Assembly (NCBI RefSeq): GCF_036321535.1
Contig: NC_087436.1
Span: forward strand, 3,906,001-3,970,000
Source of the DNA: Camelus dromedarius
Taxonomy: Eukaryota
Length of the DNA stretch: 64,000 nt
Reading direction: 5' to 3'
Part shown: positions 24,301 through 39,261 of the stretch, in pieces
Layout of the letters: each line of letters starts with the position of its first letter
Numbering within the stretch: position 1 is the first letter of the stretch
Made by a program: the position numbers and the translations under genes
The notes under the pieces: model-generated
Told to the model about the DNA's origin: nothing
What the model saw: only the letters and a program-made list of their open reading frames with translations
The model's database searches: none

Positions 24301-27300
24301 TATGAATGGATTGGAGTTTGCAACTGAAAAGAATCTTTGTGTTCCCTACAAGCAAGGTGAAGGACGGCTTCCCACACATTTATCACTCAGAAATGAGCAT
24401 ATGGAGAGACGTTCTTTCATCTAGCACAAAGCGAATGGGTTACAGGAGAAACTTTTACTCTGGATCTCAGTCTGTTTCCTAGTGCTGGTTTGAAGTTCCT
24501 GAAGTTTTCACTGTAAAACCGAGTTGGAGCTAGTACCTCCCCATATATATGTATGGAGTGGAGTTTGCAACTGAAAAGAATCTTTATGTTCCCAACAAGC
24601 TACTTGAAGAACGGCTTTCACACACACTTATCTCTCAGAAAGGAGCATGTGCAGAGACGTTCGTTCATTTAGCACAAAGGGAACTGGTTGCAGGAGAAAG
24701 TTTTACTCTGATTTCTCAGCCTGTTTCCTAGTGCCTGTTTGAATTTCCTGCAGTTTTCACTGTAAAACCGTGTTGAAGCTAGTACCTACTCATATATATT
24801 TATGGAGTGGAGTTTGCAACTTAAAAGAAACTTTGTGTTCCCAACAAGCTAGGTGAAGGACGGCTTAACACACACATCTCTCAGAACTGAGCATGTGGAG
24901 AGAAGTTCGTTCTTCTACCACAAATGGAACGGGTTGCAGGAGAAACTTTTATTCTGGTTCCACAGTCTGTTTCCTAGTGCCGCTTTGATAGTCCTGCAGT
25001 ATTCACTGTTAAACAGAGTTGGAGCTGGTAGCACCCCATATATATGTATGGATTGGAGTTTGCAACTGAAAAGAAACTTTGTTTTCCCAACAAGCTAGAC
25101 GAAGGGCGGCTTTAACAAACACTTATCTCTCAGAACTGAGCATGTGGAGACACGTTCGTTCATCTAGCACAAAGGGAACACGTTGCAGGAGAAACTTTTA
25201 CTCAGGTTTCTCAGTCTGTTTCCTAGTTCCGGTTTGAAATTCCTGCAGTTTCCACTGTAAAACAGTTTTGGAGCTAGTGCCTCCCCATATATATTTATGC
25301 AGAAGTGTTTGCAACTGAAAAGAAACTTTGTGTTCCCAAAAAGCTAGGTGAAGGACGGCTTTCACACACATATATTTCTCAGAACTGAGCACGTGGAGAG
25401 ACGTTTGTTCATCTAGAACCAAGGGAACTGGTTGCAGGAGGAACTTTTACTCTGGTTTCTCAGTCTGTTTCCTAGTGCCGTTTTGAAGTTCCTGCAGTTT
25501 TCACTCTTAAACCGTATTTGACCTAGAAACGAACCTTATATATGTATGGAGTGGAGTTTGCTACTGAAAAGAAACTTTTTTTTCCCAACAAGCTAGGTGA
25601 AAGACGGCTTTCACACACACTTATCTCTCAGAACTAAGAATGTGGGGAGACGTTCGTTCATTTAGCACAAAGGGAAAGGGTTGCAGGAGAAACTTTTTCT
25701 CTGGTTCCTCAGTGTGTTTCCTAGTGCCGGTTTCAAGGTCCTGCAGTCTTCACTGTAAAATCGTGTTGGTGCTAGTACTTCCCCATACATACATATGGAT
25801 TGGAGTTTACAACTGAAAGCAAACTATTTGTTCCCAAAAAGCTAGGTGAAGAATGGCTTTCACACACACTTATCTCTCAGAACTGAGCTTGTGGAGAGAT
25901 GTTCGTTCATCTAGCACAAAGGGAACGGGTTGCAGGTGTAACATTTACTCTGGCTTCTCATTCGGTTTCCTAGTGCCGGTTTGAATTTCCTGCAGTTTTC
26001 ACTGTAAAACCGAGTTGGGGCTACTACTTCCCCATATATATGTATGGAGTGGATTTTGCACCTGAAAAGTTACTTTCTGTTCCCTACAAGCTAGTTGAAA
26101 GACGATTTCACACACACTTATCTCTCAGAACTGAGCATGTTGAGAGACGTTCATTCATCCAGCACAAAGGGAACGTTTTGCAGGTGTAACTTTTACTCTG
26201 GCTTCTCAGGCTGTTTCCTAGTGCCGGTTTGAAGTTCCTGCAGTTTTCACTGTAAAAAAAAGTTGGAGCTTGTACCACCCCATATATATGTATGGAGAAG
26301 TGTTTGCAACTGAAAATAAACTTTTTTTCCCAACAAGCTAGTTGAAGGACGTCTTTCACACACACTTATCTCTCAGAACTGAGCAAGGGGAGAAAAGTTC
26401 ATTCATCTAGCACGAAGGGAACGGGATGCAGGAGAAACTTTTATTCTGGTTCCTCAGTCTGTTTCTAGTGCCGGTTTGAAGTTCCTGCAGTTTTAACTGT
26501 AAAACCGTGTTGCAGGTATTACCTCCCCATTTATATGTATGGAGTGGAGTTTGCAACTTATAAGAAACTTTGTGTTCTCAAAAAGATAGGTGAAGGACGG
26601 CTTTCATACACACATATCTCTAAGAAATGACCTGTAAGGGAGACGTTCGTTCATCTAGCACAAAGGGTACGGTTTGGAGGAGAAACTTTTACTCTGGTTT
26701 CTCAGTCTGTTTCCTAGTCCCGGTTTGAAGTTCCTGCACTTTTCACTGTAAATCCGAGTTGTAGGTAGTACCTCCCCATATATATGTATGTAGTGGGGTT
26801 TGCAACTGAAAAGAAACTTTGTGTTCCCAACAACCTAGTTGAAGGACGGCTTTCACACACAGTTATCTCTCAGAACTGAGCATGTGGAGAGACGTTCGTT
26901 CATCTAGCACAAAGGGAACGGGTTGCAGGATAAACTTTTACTGTGGTTTCTCAGTCTGTTACCTAGTGCCGGTTTGAAGTTCTTGCATTTTTCACTGTAA
27001 AACCAGGTTGGAGCTAGTACCTCCCCATATATATGTATGGAGGGAAGTTTGCAACTGAAAAGAAACTTTCTGTTCCCAACAAGTTAGTTGAAGTACGGCT
27101 TTCACACACACTTATCTCTCAGAACTGAGCATGTGGAGAGACGTTCGTTCATCTAGCACAAAGGGTACGGTTTGGAGGAGAAACTTTTACTCTGGTTTCT
27201 CAGTCTGTTTCCTAGTCCCGGTTTGAAGTTCCTGCACTTTTCACTGTAAATCCGAGTTGTAGGTAGTACCTCCCCATATATATGTATGTAGAGGGGTTTG

Positions 27301-29822
27301 CAACTGAAAACAAACTTTGTGTTCCCAACAAGTTAGTTGAAGTACGGCTTTCACACACACTTATCTCTCAGAACTGAGCATGTGGAGAGACGTTCGTTCA
27401 TCTAGCACAAACGGAACGGTTTGCAGGAGGAACTTTTACTCTGGTTCCTCAGTCTCTTTCCTAGTGCCAGTTTAAATGTCCTGCAGTTTTCATTGTTAAA
27501 CCGAGTTGGAGCTAGAACCTCCCCATATATATGTATGGAGTGGAGCTTGCAACTGAAAAGAAACTTTGTGTTCCCAACAAGATAGTTGAAGTACGGCTTT
27601 CACACACACTTATCTCTCAGAAATGAGCAAGTGGAGAGACGTTCGTTCATCTAGCACAAAGGGAACGGTTTGCAGGGGAACTTTTACTGTGGTATCTCAG
27701 TGTGTTTCCTAGTGCCGTTTTGAAGTTCCTGCAGTTTTCACTGTTAAACCGAGTTGGAGCTAGAACCTCCCCATATATATGTATGGAGTGGAGTTTGCAA
27801 CTGAAAAGAAACTATGTGTTCCCAACAAGCTAGGTGAAGGACGGCTTTCACACACACTTATCCCTCAGAAATGAGCATGTGGAGAGACGTTCGTTCATCT
27901 AGCACAAAGTGAACTGTTTGCAGGAGAAACTTTTCCTCTGGTTTCTGAGACTTTTTCCTAGTGCCGTTTTGAATTTCATGCATTTTTCACTGTAAAATCG
28001 AGTTGGAGCTAGTACTTCCCCATATATATGTATGGAGTGAATTTTGCACCTGAAAAGAAACTTTGTGTTCCCAACAAGCAAGATGAAGGACGGCTTTCAC
28101 ACATCCATATTTCTCAGAACTGAGCATGTGGAGAGAATTTCGTTCATCTAGCACAAAGGGAACGGGTTGCAGGAGAAACTATTACTCTGGAATCTCACTC
28201 TTTTTCCTAGTGCCGGTAGGAAGTTCATGCAGTTTTCACTTTAAAACCGAGCTGGAGCTAGTAACTCCACATATATATGTATGGAGTGGAATTTGCAACT
28301 GAGAACATACTTTCTGTTTTCTACAAGCTAGGTGAAGTACGGTTTCACACACACTTATCTCTCAGAACTGAGCATGTGGAGAGACGTTGGTTCATCTAGC
28401 ACCAAGGGAACGGGTTGCAGGAGAAACTTTTACTCTGGTTTCTGTGCCTTTATCCTACTGCCGGTTTGAACTTCATGCAGTTTTCACAGTAAAACCGTGT
28501 TGGAGCTTGTAACTCCCCTTATATATGTAGAGAGAAGGGTTTGAAACTGAAAAGAAACTTTGTTTTCCCAACAAGCTAGTTGAAGAACGGCGTACACACA
28601 CACTTATCCCTCAGAACTGATCATGTGGAGAGACCTTCGTTCATCAAGCACAAAGGGAACGGGTCCCAGGAGAAACTTTTACTCTGTTTTCTCAGTCTGT
28701 TTCCTCGTGCCGGTTTGAAGTTCCTGCAGTTTTCACTGTAAAACAGACTTGGAGCTAGTACCTCCCCATATATATGTTTGGAGTGGAATTTGCAACTGAA
28801 AAGAAACTTTGTGTTCCCAACAAGCTAGGTGAATAACGGCTTTCACACACAATTATCTCACAGGACTCAGCAGGTGGAGAGACGTTCGTTCATCTTGCAC
28901 AAAGGGAACGGTTTGCAGGGAAACATTTACTCTGGTTTCTCAGTCTGTTTCCTAGTGCCTGTTTGAAGTTCCTGCAGTTTTCACTGTACAACCGAGTTGG
29001 AGCTAGTACCTCCCCATATATTTTAATGGATTGGAGTTTGTAACTTAAAAGAAATTTTGTATTCCCAACAAGCTAGGTGAAGGAAGGCTTTCACACACAC
29101 TTATTCCTCATAACTGAGCATGAGGAGAGACGTTCGTTCATCTAGCACAAAGGGAACTGGTTGCAGGAGAAACTTTTACTCTGGTTTCTCAGTCTGTTTC
29201 CTAGTGCCGGTTTGAAGTTCCTCCAGTTTTCACTGTAAAACGGTGTTGGAGATAGTACCTCCCCGTATATATGTATGGAGTGGACTTTGAAACTGAAAAT
29301 AAACTTTGTGTTCCCAACAAGCTAGGTGAAGGAATGCTTTCACACACACTTATTTCTCAGAACTGAGCATGTGGAGAGACTTTCGTTCATCTAGCACAAA
29401 CTTAACGGGATGCAGGAGAAACTTTAACTCTATTTCCTCAGTCTGTTTCCTAGTGCCGGATTGAAGTTCTTGCAGATATTTCTGTAAAAGCGAGTTGGAA
29501 CTTGTACCTCCCCATATATATGTATGGAGTGGAGTTTGCAACTGAAAAGAATCTTTGTGTTCCCAACAAGCTAGTTGAAGAACAGCTTTCACAAACAATT
29601 TTTCTCAGAACTGAGCATGTGGAGGGACATTCGTTCATCTAGCACAAACTTAACGGGTTGCAGGAGAAACTTTAACTCTATTTCCTCAGTCTGTTTCCTA
29701 GTGCCGGATTGAAGTTCTTGCAGATATTTCTGTAAAACCGAGTTGGAGCTAGTACCTCCCCATATATATGTATGGAGTGGAGTTTGCAACTGAAAAGAAA
29801 CTTTGTGTTCCCAACAAGCTAG
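21376..29822 (+). repeat. HOR unit variant, 8447 bp (34 monomers)
   Basis: ORF offsets 20903/29350, 21376/29823, 21687/30134 and 22433/30880 are all 8447. Confidence 0.85.
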
Positions 29823-32800
29823 GTGAAGGACGGCTTTCACACACTTATCTCTCAGAACAGAGCATGTGGAGAGACGTTCGTTCATCTAGCACAAAGGGAA
29901 CGGTTTGCAGGGGAACTTTTACTGTGGTATCTCAGTGTGTTTCCTAGTGCCGTTTTGAAGTTCCTGCAGTATTCACTGTTAAACCGAGTTGGAGCTGGTA
30001 CCACCCCATATATATGTATGGATTGGAGTTTGCAACTGAAAAGAAACTTTGTTTTCCCAACAAGCTAGATGAAGGATGGCTTTCACACACACTTATCTCT
30101 CAGAACTGAGCATGTGGAGAGACGTTCGTTCATCTAGCACAAAAGGAACGGGTTGCAGCATAAACATTTACTGTAGTTTCTCAGTCTGTTTCCTATTGCC
30201 GGTTTGAAGTTCCTGCAGGTTTCACTGTAAAACAGATTTGGAGCTAGTACCTCCCCATATATATGTATGGAGAAGGGTATGGAACAGAAAAGTAACTTTG
30301 TGTTCCCAAAATCTAGGTGAAGGACGGCTTTCACACACACTTATCTGTCAGAACTGAGCACGTGGAGAGATGTTTGTTCATGTAGAACCAAGGGAACGGG
30401 TTGCAGGAGGAACTTTCACTCTGGTTTCTCAGTCTGTTTCCTAGTTCCGGTTTGAATTTCCTTCAGTTTTCACACTTAAACCGAGTTGGACCTAGAAACG
30501 CAACATATATATGTATGGAGTGGAATTTGCTACTGAAAAGAAACTTTGTGTTCCCAACAAGCTAGGTGAAGGACGGCTTTCACACACACTTATCTCTCAG
30601 AAATGAGCATGTGGAGAGACTTTCGTTCATGTAGCACAAAGGGAACGGGTTGCAGGAGAAACTTTTACTCTGCTTTCTCAGTCTGTTTCCTAGTGCCTGT
30701 TTGATGGTCCTGCCGTTTTCACTGTAAAACAAAGTTGGAGCTAGTCCCTCCCCATATATATGTATGGAGTGAAGTTTGCAACTGAAAATAAACTTTCTTT
30801 TCCCAACAAGGTATGTGAAGTACGGCTTTCACACACACTTACCTCTCAGAACTGAGCATGTGGAGAGACTTTCGTTCATCTAGCACAATGGGAACGGTTT
30901 GCAGGAGGAAATTTTACTCTGGTTTCTCAGTCTGTTTCCTAGTGCCGGTTTGAAGTTCCTGCAGTTTTCACTGTAAAACAGACTTGAAGCTAGTACCTCC
31001 CCATATATATGTTTGGAGTGGAGTTTGCAACTGAAAAGAAAATTTGTATTCCCAACAGCTAGGTAAAGAACGGCTTTCACACACAATTATCTCTCAGAAC
31101 TGAGCATGTGGAGAGACGTTCGTTCATCTAGCAACAAGGGAACGGGTTGCAGGAGAAACATTTACTCTGGGTTCTCAGTCTGTTTCCTAGTGCCGTATTG
31201 AAGTTCCTGCAGTTTTCACTGTAAAACAGAGTTGGAGCTAGAACCTCCCCATATAAATGTATGGAGTGGAGTTTGCAACTGAAAAGAAACTATGTGTTCC
31301 CAACAAGATAGATGAAGGACGGCTTTCACACACACATATTTCTCAGAACTGACCATGTGCAGAGACTTTCGTTCATCTAGCACAAACGGAACGGGTTGCA
31401 TTAGAAAATTTACTCTGGATTCTCAGACTTTTTCCTAGTGCCGGTTTGAATTTTCTGCAGATTTCAATGTAAAATCGAGTTGGAGCTATTACCTCCCCAT
31501 ATAAATTTATGGAGTGGAGTTTGCAACTGGTTAGAAACTTTGTATTCCCAACAAGCTAGGTGAAGGAAGGCTTTCACACACATATATCCCTCAGAACTGA
31601 GCATGTGGAGAGACGATCGTTCATCTAGCACAAAGGGAACGGGTTGCAGGAGAAACTTTTACTGTGGTTCCTCATTCTGTTTTCTAGTGCCGGGTTGATG
31701 GTCCTGCAGTTTTCAATGTTAAACCGATTTGGAGCTAGTACCTCACCATAGATATGTATGGAGTGGTGTTTGCAACTGAAAACAAACTTTGTGTTCCCAA
31801 CAAGCTAGGTGAAGGACGGCTTTCACACACACTTATCTCTCAGAACTGAGCATGTGGAGAGACGATGGTTCATCTAGCACAAAGGGAATGGGTTGCAGGA
31901 GAAACTTATACTCTGGTTTCTGAGACTTTTTCCTAGTGCCGTTTTGAAGTTCAAGCAGTTTTCACTGTAAAATCGAGTTTGAGCTACTACTTCCCCATAT
32001 TTATGTATGGAGTGAATTTTGCACCTGAAAAGATACTTTCTGTTCCCTAGAAGCTAGGTGAAGGACGGTTTCACACACACTGATCTCTCAGAACTGAGCA
32101 TGGGGGGGGACGATCGTTCAGCTAGCACCAAGGGAACGGGATGCAGGAGAAACTTTTACTCTGGTTTCTCAGTCTGTTTCCTAGTGCCTGTTTGATGGTC
32201 CTGCATTTTTCACTGTAAAACACTGTTGGAGCTAGTTCCTCCCCATATATATGTATGGAGTGAAGTTTGCAACTGAAAATAAACTTTGTGTTCCCAACAA
32301 GCTAGGTGAAGAACGGCTTTCACACACACTTACCTCTCAGAACTGAGCATGTGGAGAGACGTTCGTTCATCTAGCACAAAGGGAACGGGTTGCAGGAGGA
32401 AATTTTACTCTGGTTTCTCAGTCTGTTTCCTAGTGCCGGTTTGAAGTTCCTGCAGTTTTCACTGTAAAACCGTGTTGGAGCTAGATCCTCCCGATATAAA
32501 TGTATGGAGTGGAGTTTGCAACTGAAAAGAAACTTTGTGTTCCCAACAAGCTAGGTGAAGGAAGGCTTTCACACACATTTTTCCCTCAGAACTGAGCATG
32601 TGGAGAGACGTTCGTTCATCTAACAAAAAGGGAACGGATTGCAGGAGAAATTTTTACTGTGGTTCCTCTGTATGTTTTCTAGTGCCGGGTTGATGGTCCT
32701 GCAGTTTTCAATGTTAAACCGAGTTGGAGCAAGAACCTACCCATATACATATATGGAGAGGAGTTTGCAACTGAAAAGAAACTTTGTGTTCCCAACAAGC

Positions 32801-35800
32801 TAATTGAAGGACGGCTTTCACACACACATATTTCTCAGAACTGAGCATGTGGAGAGACTTTCGTTCATCTAGCACAAATGGAAAGGGTTGCAGGAGAAAC
32901 ATTTACTCTGGATTCTCAATCTTTTTCCTAGTGCCGGTTTGAAGTTCATGCAGTTTTCACTGTAAAACCGAGTTGGAGCTAGAACCTACCCATATATATG
33001 AATGGATTGGAGTTTGCAACTGAAAAGAATCTTTGTGTTCCCTACAAGCAAGATGAAGGACGGCTTCCCACACATTTATCACTCAGAAATGAGCATATGG
33101 AGAGACGTTCTTTCATCTAGCACAAAGCGAATGGGTTACAGGAGAAACTTTTACTCTGGATCTCAGTCTGTTTCCTAGTGCTGGTTTGAAGTTCCTGAAG
33201 TTTTCACTGTAAAACCGAGTTGGAACTAGAACCTCCCCATATATATGTATGGAGTGGAGTTAGCAACTGAAAAGAATCTTTATGTTCCCAACAAGCTACT
33301 TGAAGAACGGCTTTCACACACACTTATCTCTCAGAAAGGAGCATGTGCAGAGACGTTCGTTCATTTAGCACAAAGGGAACTGGTTGCAGGAGAAAGTTTT
33401 ACTCTGATTTCTCAGCCTGTTTCCTAGTGCCTGTTTGAATTTCCTGCAGTTTTCACTGTAAAACCGTGTTGAAGCTAGTACCTACTCATATATATTTATG
33501 GAGTGGAGTTTGCAACTTAAAAGAAACTTTGTGTTCCCAACAAGCTAGGTGAAGGACGGCTTAACACACACATCTCTCAGAACTGAGCATGTGGAGAGAA
33601 GTTCGTTCTTCTAGCACAAATGGAACGGGTTGCAGGAGAAACTTTTATTCTGGTACCACAGTCTGTTTCCTAGTGCCGCTTTGATAGTCCTGCAGTATTC
33701 ACTGTTAAACAGAGTTGGAGCTGGTAGCACCCCATATATATGTATGGATTGGAGTTTGCAACTGAAAAGAAACTTTGTTTTCCCAACAAGCTAGACGAAG
33801 GGCGGCTTTAACAAACACTTATCTCTCAGAACTGAGCATGTGGAGACACGTTCGTTCATCTAGCACAAAGGGAACACGTTGCAGGAGAAACTTTTACTCA
33901 GGTTTCTCAGTCTGTTTCCTAGTTCCGGTTTGAAATTCCTGCAGTTTCCACTGTAAAACAGTTTTGGAGCTAGTGCCTCCCCATATATATTTATGCAGAA
34001 GTGTTTGCAACTGAAAAGAAACTTTGTGTTCCCAAAAAGCTAGGTGAAGGACGGCTTTCACACACATATATTTCTCAGAACTGAGCACGTGGAGAGACGT
34101 TTGTTCATCTAGAACCAAGGGAACTGGTTGCAGGAGGAACTTTTACTCTGGTTTCTCAGTCTGTTTCCTAGTGCCGTTTTGAAGTTCCTGCAGTTTTCAC
34201 TCTTAAACCGTATTTGACCTAGAAACGAACCTTATATATGTATGGAGTGGAGTTTGCTACTGAAAAGAAACTTTTTTTTCCCAACAAGCTAGGTGAAAGA
34301 CGGCTTTCACACACACTTATCTCTCAGAACTAAGAATGTGGGGAGACGTTCGTTCATCTAGCAAAGAGGGAACGGGTTGCAGGAGAAACTTTTACTCTGG
34401 TTTCTCAGTCTGTTTTCTAGTGCCGGTTTGAAGTTCCTGCAGATTTCACTGTAAAACCGAGATGGAGCTAGTACCTCCCCATATATATGTATTGAGTGGA
34501 GTTTGCAACTGAAAATAAAATTTGTGTTCCCAACAAGCTAGGTGAAGGTCGGCTTTCACACACATTTATCTCTCAGAAATGAGCAAGTGGAGAGACTTTC
34601 GTTCATTTAGCACAAAGGGAAAGGGTTGCAGGAGAAACTTTTTCTCTGGTTCCTCAGTGTGTTTCCTAGTGCCGGTTTCAATGTCCTGCAGTCTTCACTG
34701 TAAAATCGTGTTGGTGCTAGTACTTCCCCATACATACATATGGATTGGAGTTTACAACTGAAAGCAAACTTTTTGTTCCCAAAAAGCTAGGTGAAGAATG
34801 GCTTTCACACACACTTATCTCTCAGAACTGAGCTTGTGGAGAGATGTTCGTTCATCTAGCACAAAGGGAACGGGTTGCAGGTGTAACATTTACTCTGGCT
34901 TCTCATTCGGTTTCCTAGTGCCGGTTTGAATTTCCTGCAGTTTTCACTGTAAAACCGAGTTGGGGCTAGTACTTCCCCATATATATGTATGGAGTGGATT
35001 TTGCACCTGAAAAGTTACTTTCTGTTCCCTACAAGCTAGTTGAAAGACGATTTCACACACACTTATCTCTCAGAACTGAGCATGTTGAGAGACGTTCATT
35101 CATCCAGCACAAAGGGAACGTTTTGCAGGTGTAACTTTTACTCTGGCTTCTCAGGCTGTTTCCTAGTGCCGGTTTGAAGTTCCTGCAGTTTTCACTGTAA
35201 AAAAAAGTTGGAGCTTGTACCACCCCATATATATGTATGGAGAAGTGTTTGCAACTGAAAATAAACTTTTTTTTCCCAACAAGCTAGTTGAAGGACGTCT
35301 TTCACACACACTTATCTCTCAGAACTGAGCAAGGGGAGAAAAGTTCATTCATCTAGCACGAAGGGAACGGGATGCAGGAGAAACTTTTATTCTGGTTCCT
35401 CAGTCTGTTTCTAGTGCCGGTTTGAAGTTCCTGCAGTTTTAACTGTAAAACCGTGTTGCAGGTATTACCTCCCCATTTATATGTATGGAGTGGAGTTTGC
35501 AACTGAAAAGAAACTTTGTGTTCCCAACAACCTAGGTGAAGAACGGCTTTCACACACAATTATCTCTCAGAACTGAGCATGTGGAAAGACGTTCGTTCAT
35601 CTAGCACAAACGGAACGGTTTGCAGGAGGAACTTTTACTCTGGTTCCTCAGTCTCTTTCCTAGTGCCAGTTTAAATGTCCTGCAGTTTTCACTGTTAAAC
35701 CGAGTTGGAGCTAGAACCTCCCCATATATATGTATGGAGTGGAGTTTGCAACTGAAAAAAACTTTCTGTTCCCGACAAGCTAGTTGAAAGACGGCTTTCA

Positions 35801-38800
35801 CACACATTTATCTCTCAGAACTGAGCATGTGGAGAGACTTTCGTTCATCTAGCACAAAGGGAACGGGTTGCAGGATAAACTTTTACTGTGGTTTCTCAGT
35901 CTGTTACCTAGTGCCGGTTTGAAGTTCTTGCATTTTTCACTGTAAAACCGAGTTGGAGCTAGTACCTCCCCATATATATGTATGGAGGGAAGTTTGCAAC
36001 TGAAAAGAAACTTTCTGTTCCCAACAAGTTAGTTGAAGTACGGCTTTCACACACAATTATCTCTCAGAACTGAGCATGAGGAGAGACGTTCGTTCATCTA
36101 GCACAAATGGAACGGGTTGCAGGAGAAACTTTTACTGTGGTTTCTCAGTCTGTTACCTAGTGCCGGTTTGAAGTTCCTGCGGTTTTCAGTGTAAAACCGA
36201 GTTGGAGCTACTACCTCCACATATATATATATGGAGTGGAGTTTGCAACCTAAAAGAAACTTTGTTTTCCCAACAAGGTAGGTGAATGACGGCTTTCACA
36301 CACTTATCTCTCAGAACTGAGCATGTGGAGAGACGTTCGTTCATCTAGCAAAAACGGAACGGGTTGCAGGAGGAACTTTTACTCTGGTTCCTCAGTCTCT
36401 TTCCTAGTGCCAGTTTAAATGACCTGCAGTTTTCACTGTTAAACCGAGTTGGAGCTAGAACCTCCCCATATATATGTATGGAGTGGAGTTTGCAACTGAA
36501 AAGAAACTTTGTGTTCCCAACAAGATAGTTGAAGTACGGCTTTCACACACACTTATCTCTCAGAAATGAGCAAGTGGAGAGACGTTCGTTCATCTAGCAC
36601 AAAGGGAACGGTTTGCAGGGGAACTTTTACTGTGGTATCTCAGTGTGTTTCCTAGTGCCGTTTTGAAGTTCCTGCAGTTTTCACTGTTAAACCGAGTTGG
36701 AGCTAGAACCTCCCCATATATATGTATGGAGTGGAGTTTGCAACTGAAAAGAAACTATGTGTTCCCAACAAGCTAGGTGAAGGACGGCTTTCACACACAC
36801 TTATCCCTCAGAAATGAGCATGTGGAGAGACGTTCGTTCATCTAGCACAAAGTGAACTGTTTGCAGGAGAAACTTTTCCTCTGGTTTCTGAGACTTTTTC
36901 CTAGTGCCGTTTTGAATTTCATGCATTTTTCACTGTAAAATCGAGTTGGAGCTAGTACTTCCCCATATATATGTATGGAGTGAATTTTGCACCTGAAAAG
37001 ATACTTTCTGTTTTCAACAATCTAAGTGAAGGACGGTTTCACACACACTGAACTCTCAGAACTGAGCATGTGGAGAGACGTTCGTTCATCTAGCACCAAG
37101 GGAACGGGATGCAGGAGAAACTTTTACTCTGGTTTCTCAGTCTGTTTCCTAGTGCCTGTTTGATACTCCTGCAGTTTTCACTGTAAAACAGAGTTGGAGC
37201 TAGTTCCTCCTCATATATATGTATGGAGTGAAGTTTGCAACTGAAAATAAACTTTGTGTTCCCAACAAGCTGGGTGAAGTACGGCTTTCACACACACTTA
37301 CCTCTCAGAACTGAGCATGTGGAGAGACTTTCGTTCATCTAGCACAAAGGGAACGGGTTGCAGGAGGAAATTTTACTCTGGTTTCTCAGTCTGTTTCCTA
37401 GTGCCGGTTTTAAGTTCCTGCAGTTTTCACTGTAAAACAGACTTGGAGCTAGTACCTACCCATATATATGTTTGGAGTGGATTTTGCAACTGAAAAGAAA
37501 CTTTGTGTTCCCAACAAGCAAGATGAAGGACGGCTTTCACACATCCATATTTCTCAGAACTGAGCATGTGGAGAGAATTTCGTTCATCTAGCACAAAGGG
37601 AACGGGTTGCAGGAGAAACTATTACTCTGGAATCTCACTTTTTTCCTAGTGCCGGTAGGAAGTTCATGCAGTTTTCACTGTAAAACCGAGCTGGAGCTAG
37701 TACCTCCACATATATATGTATGGAGTGGAATTTGCAACTGAGAACATACTTTCTGCTTTCTACAAGCTAGGTGAAGTACGGTTTCACACACACTTATCTC
37801 TCAGAACTGAGCATGTGGAGAGACGTTGGTTCATCTAGCACCAAGGGAACGGGTTGCAGGAGAAACTTTTACTCTGGTTTCTGTGCCTTTTTCCTACTGC
37901 CGGTTTGAACTTCATGCAGTTTTCACAGTAAAACCGTGTTGGAGCTTGTAACTCCCCTTATATATGTAGAGAGAAGGGTTTGCAACTGAAAAGAAACTTT
38001 GTTTTCCCAACAAGCTAGTTGAAGAACGGCGTACACACACACTTATCCCTCAGAACTGATCATGTGGAGAGACTTTCGTTCATCTAGCACAAAGGGAACG
38101 GGTCCCAGGAGAAACTTTTACTCTGTTTTCTCAGTCTGTTTCCTCGTGCCGGTTTGATGTTCCTGCAGTTTTCACTGTAAAACAGACTTGGAGCTAGTAC
38201 CTCCCCATATATATGTTCGGAGTGGAATTTGCAACTGAAAAGAAACTTTGTGTTCCCAACAAGCTAGGTGAATAAAGGCTTTCACACACAATTATCTCAC
38301 AGAACTCAGCAGGTGGAGAGACGTTCGTTCATCTTGCACAAAGGGAACGGGTTGCAGGGAAACATTTACTCTGGTTTCTCAGTCTGTTTCCTAGTGCCTG
38401 TTTGAAGTTCCTGCAGTTTTCACTGTACAACCGAGTTGGAGCTAGTACCTCCCCATATATTTTAATGGATTGGAGTTTGTAACTTAAAAGAAATTTTGTA
38501 TACCCAACAAGCTAGGTGAAGGAAGGCTTTCACACACAATTATTCCTCATAACTGAGCATGAGGAGAGACGTTCGTTCATCTAGCACAAAGGGAACTGGT
38601 TGCAGGAGAAACTTTTACTCTGGTTTCTCAGTCTGTTTCCTAGTGCCGGTTTGAAGTTCCTCCAGTTTTCACTGTAAAACGGTGTTGGAGATAGTACCTC
38701 CCCGTATATATGTATGGAGTGGACTTTGAAACTGAAAATAAACTTTGTGTTCCCAACAAGCTAGGTGAAGGAATGCTTTCACACACACTTATTTCTCAGA

Positions 38801-39261
38801 ACTGAGCATGTGGAGAGACTTTCGTTCATCTAGCACAAACTTAACGGGTTGCAGGAGAAACTTTAACTCTATTTCCTCAGTCTGTTTCCTAGTGCCGGAT
38901 TGAAGTTCTTGCAGATATTTCTGTAAAACCGAGTTGGAGCTTGTACCTCCCCATATATATGTATGGAGTGGAGTTTGCAACTGAAAAGAATCTTTGTGTT
39001 CCCAACAAGCTAGTTGAAGAACAGCTTTCACAAACAATTTTTCTCAGAACTGAGCATGTGGAGGGACATTCGTTCATCTAGCACAAACTTAACGGGTTGC
39101 AGGAGAAACTTTAACTCTATTTCCTCAGTCTGTTTCCTAGTGCCAGATTTAAGTTCTTGCAGATATTTCTGTAAAACCGAGTTGGAGCTAGTACCTCCCC
39201 ATATATATGTATGGAGTGGAGTTTGCAACTGAAAAGAAACTTTGTTTTCCCAACAAGCTAG
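29823..39261 (+). repeat. HOR unit variant, 9439 bp (38 monomers)
   Basis: ORF offsets 29350/38789, 29823/39262 and 30134/39573 are all 9439. Confidence 0.85.
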
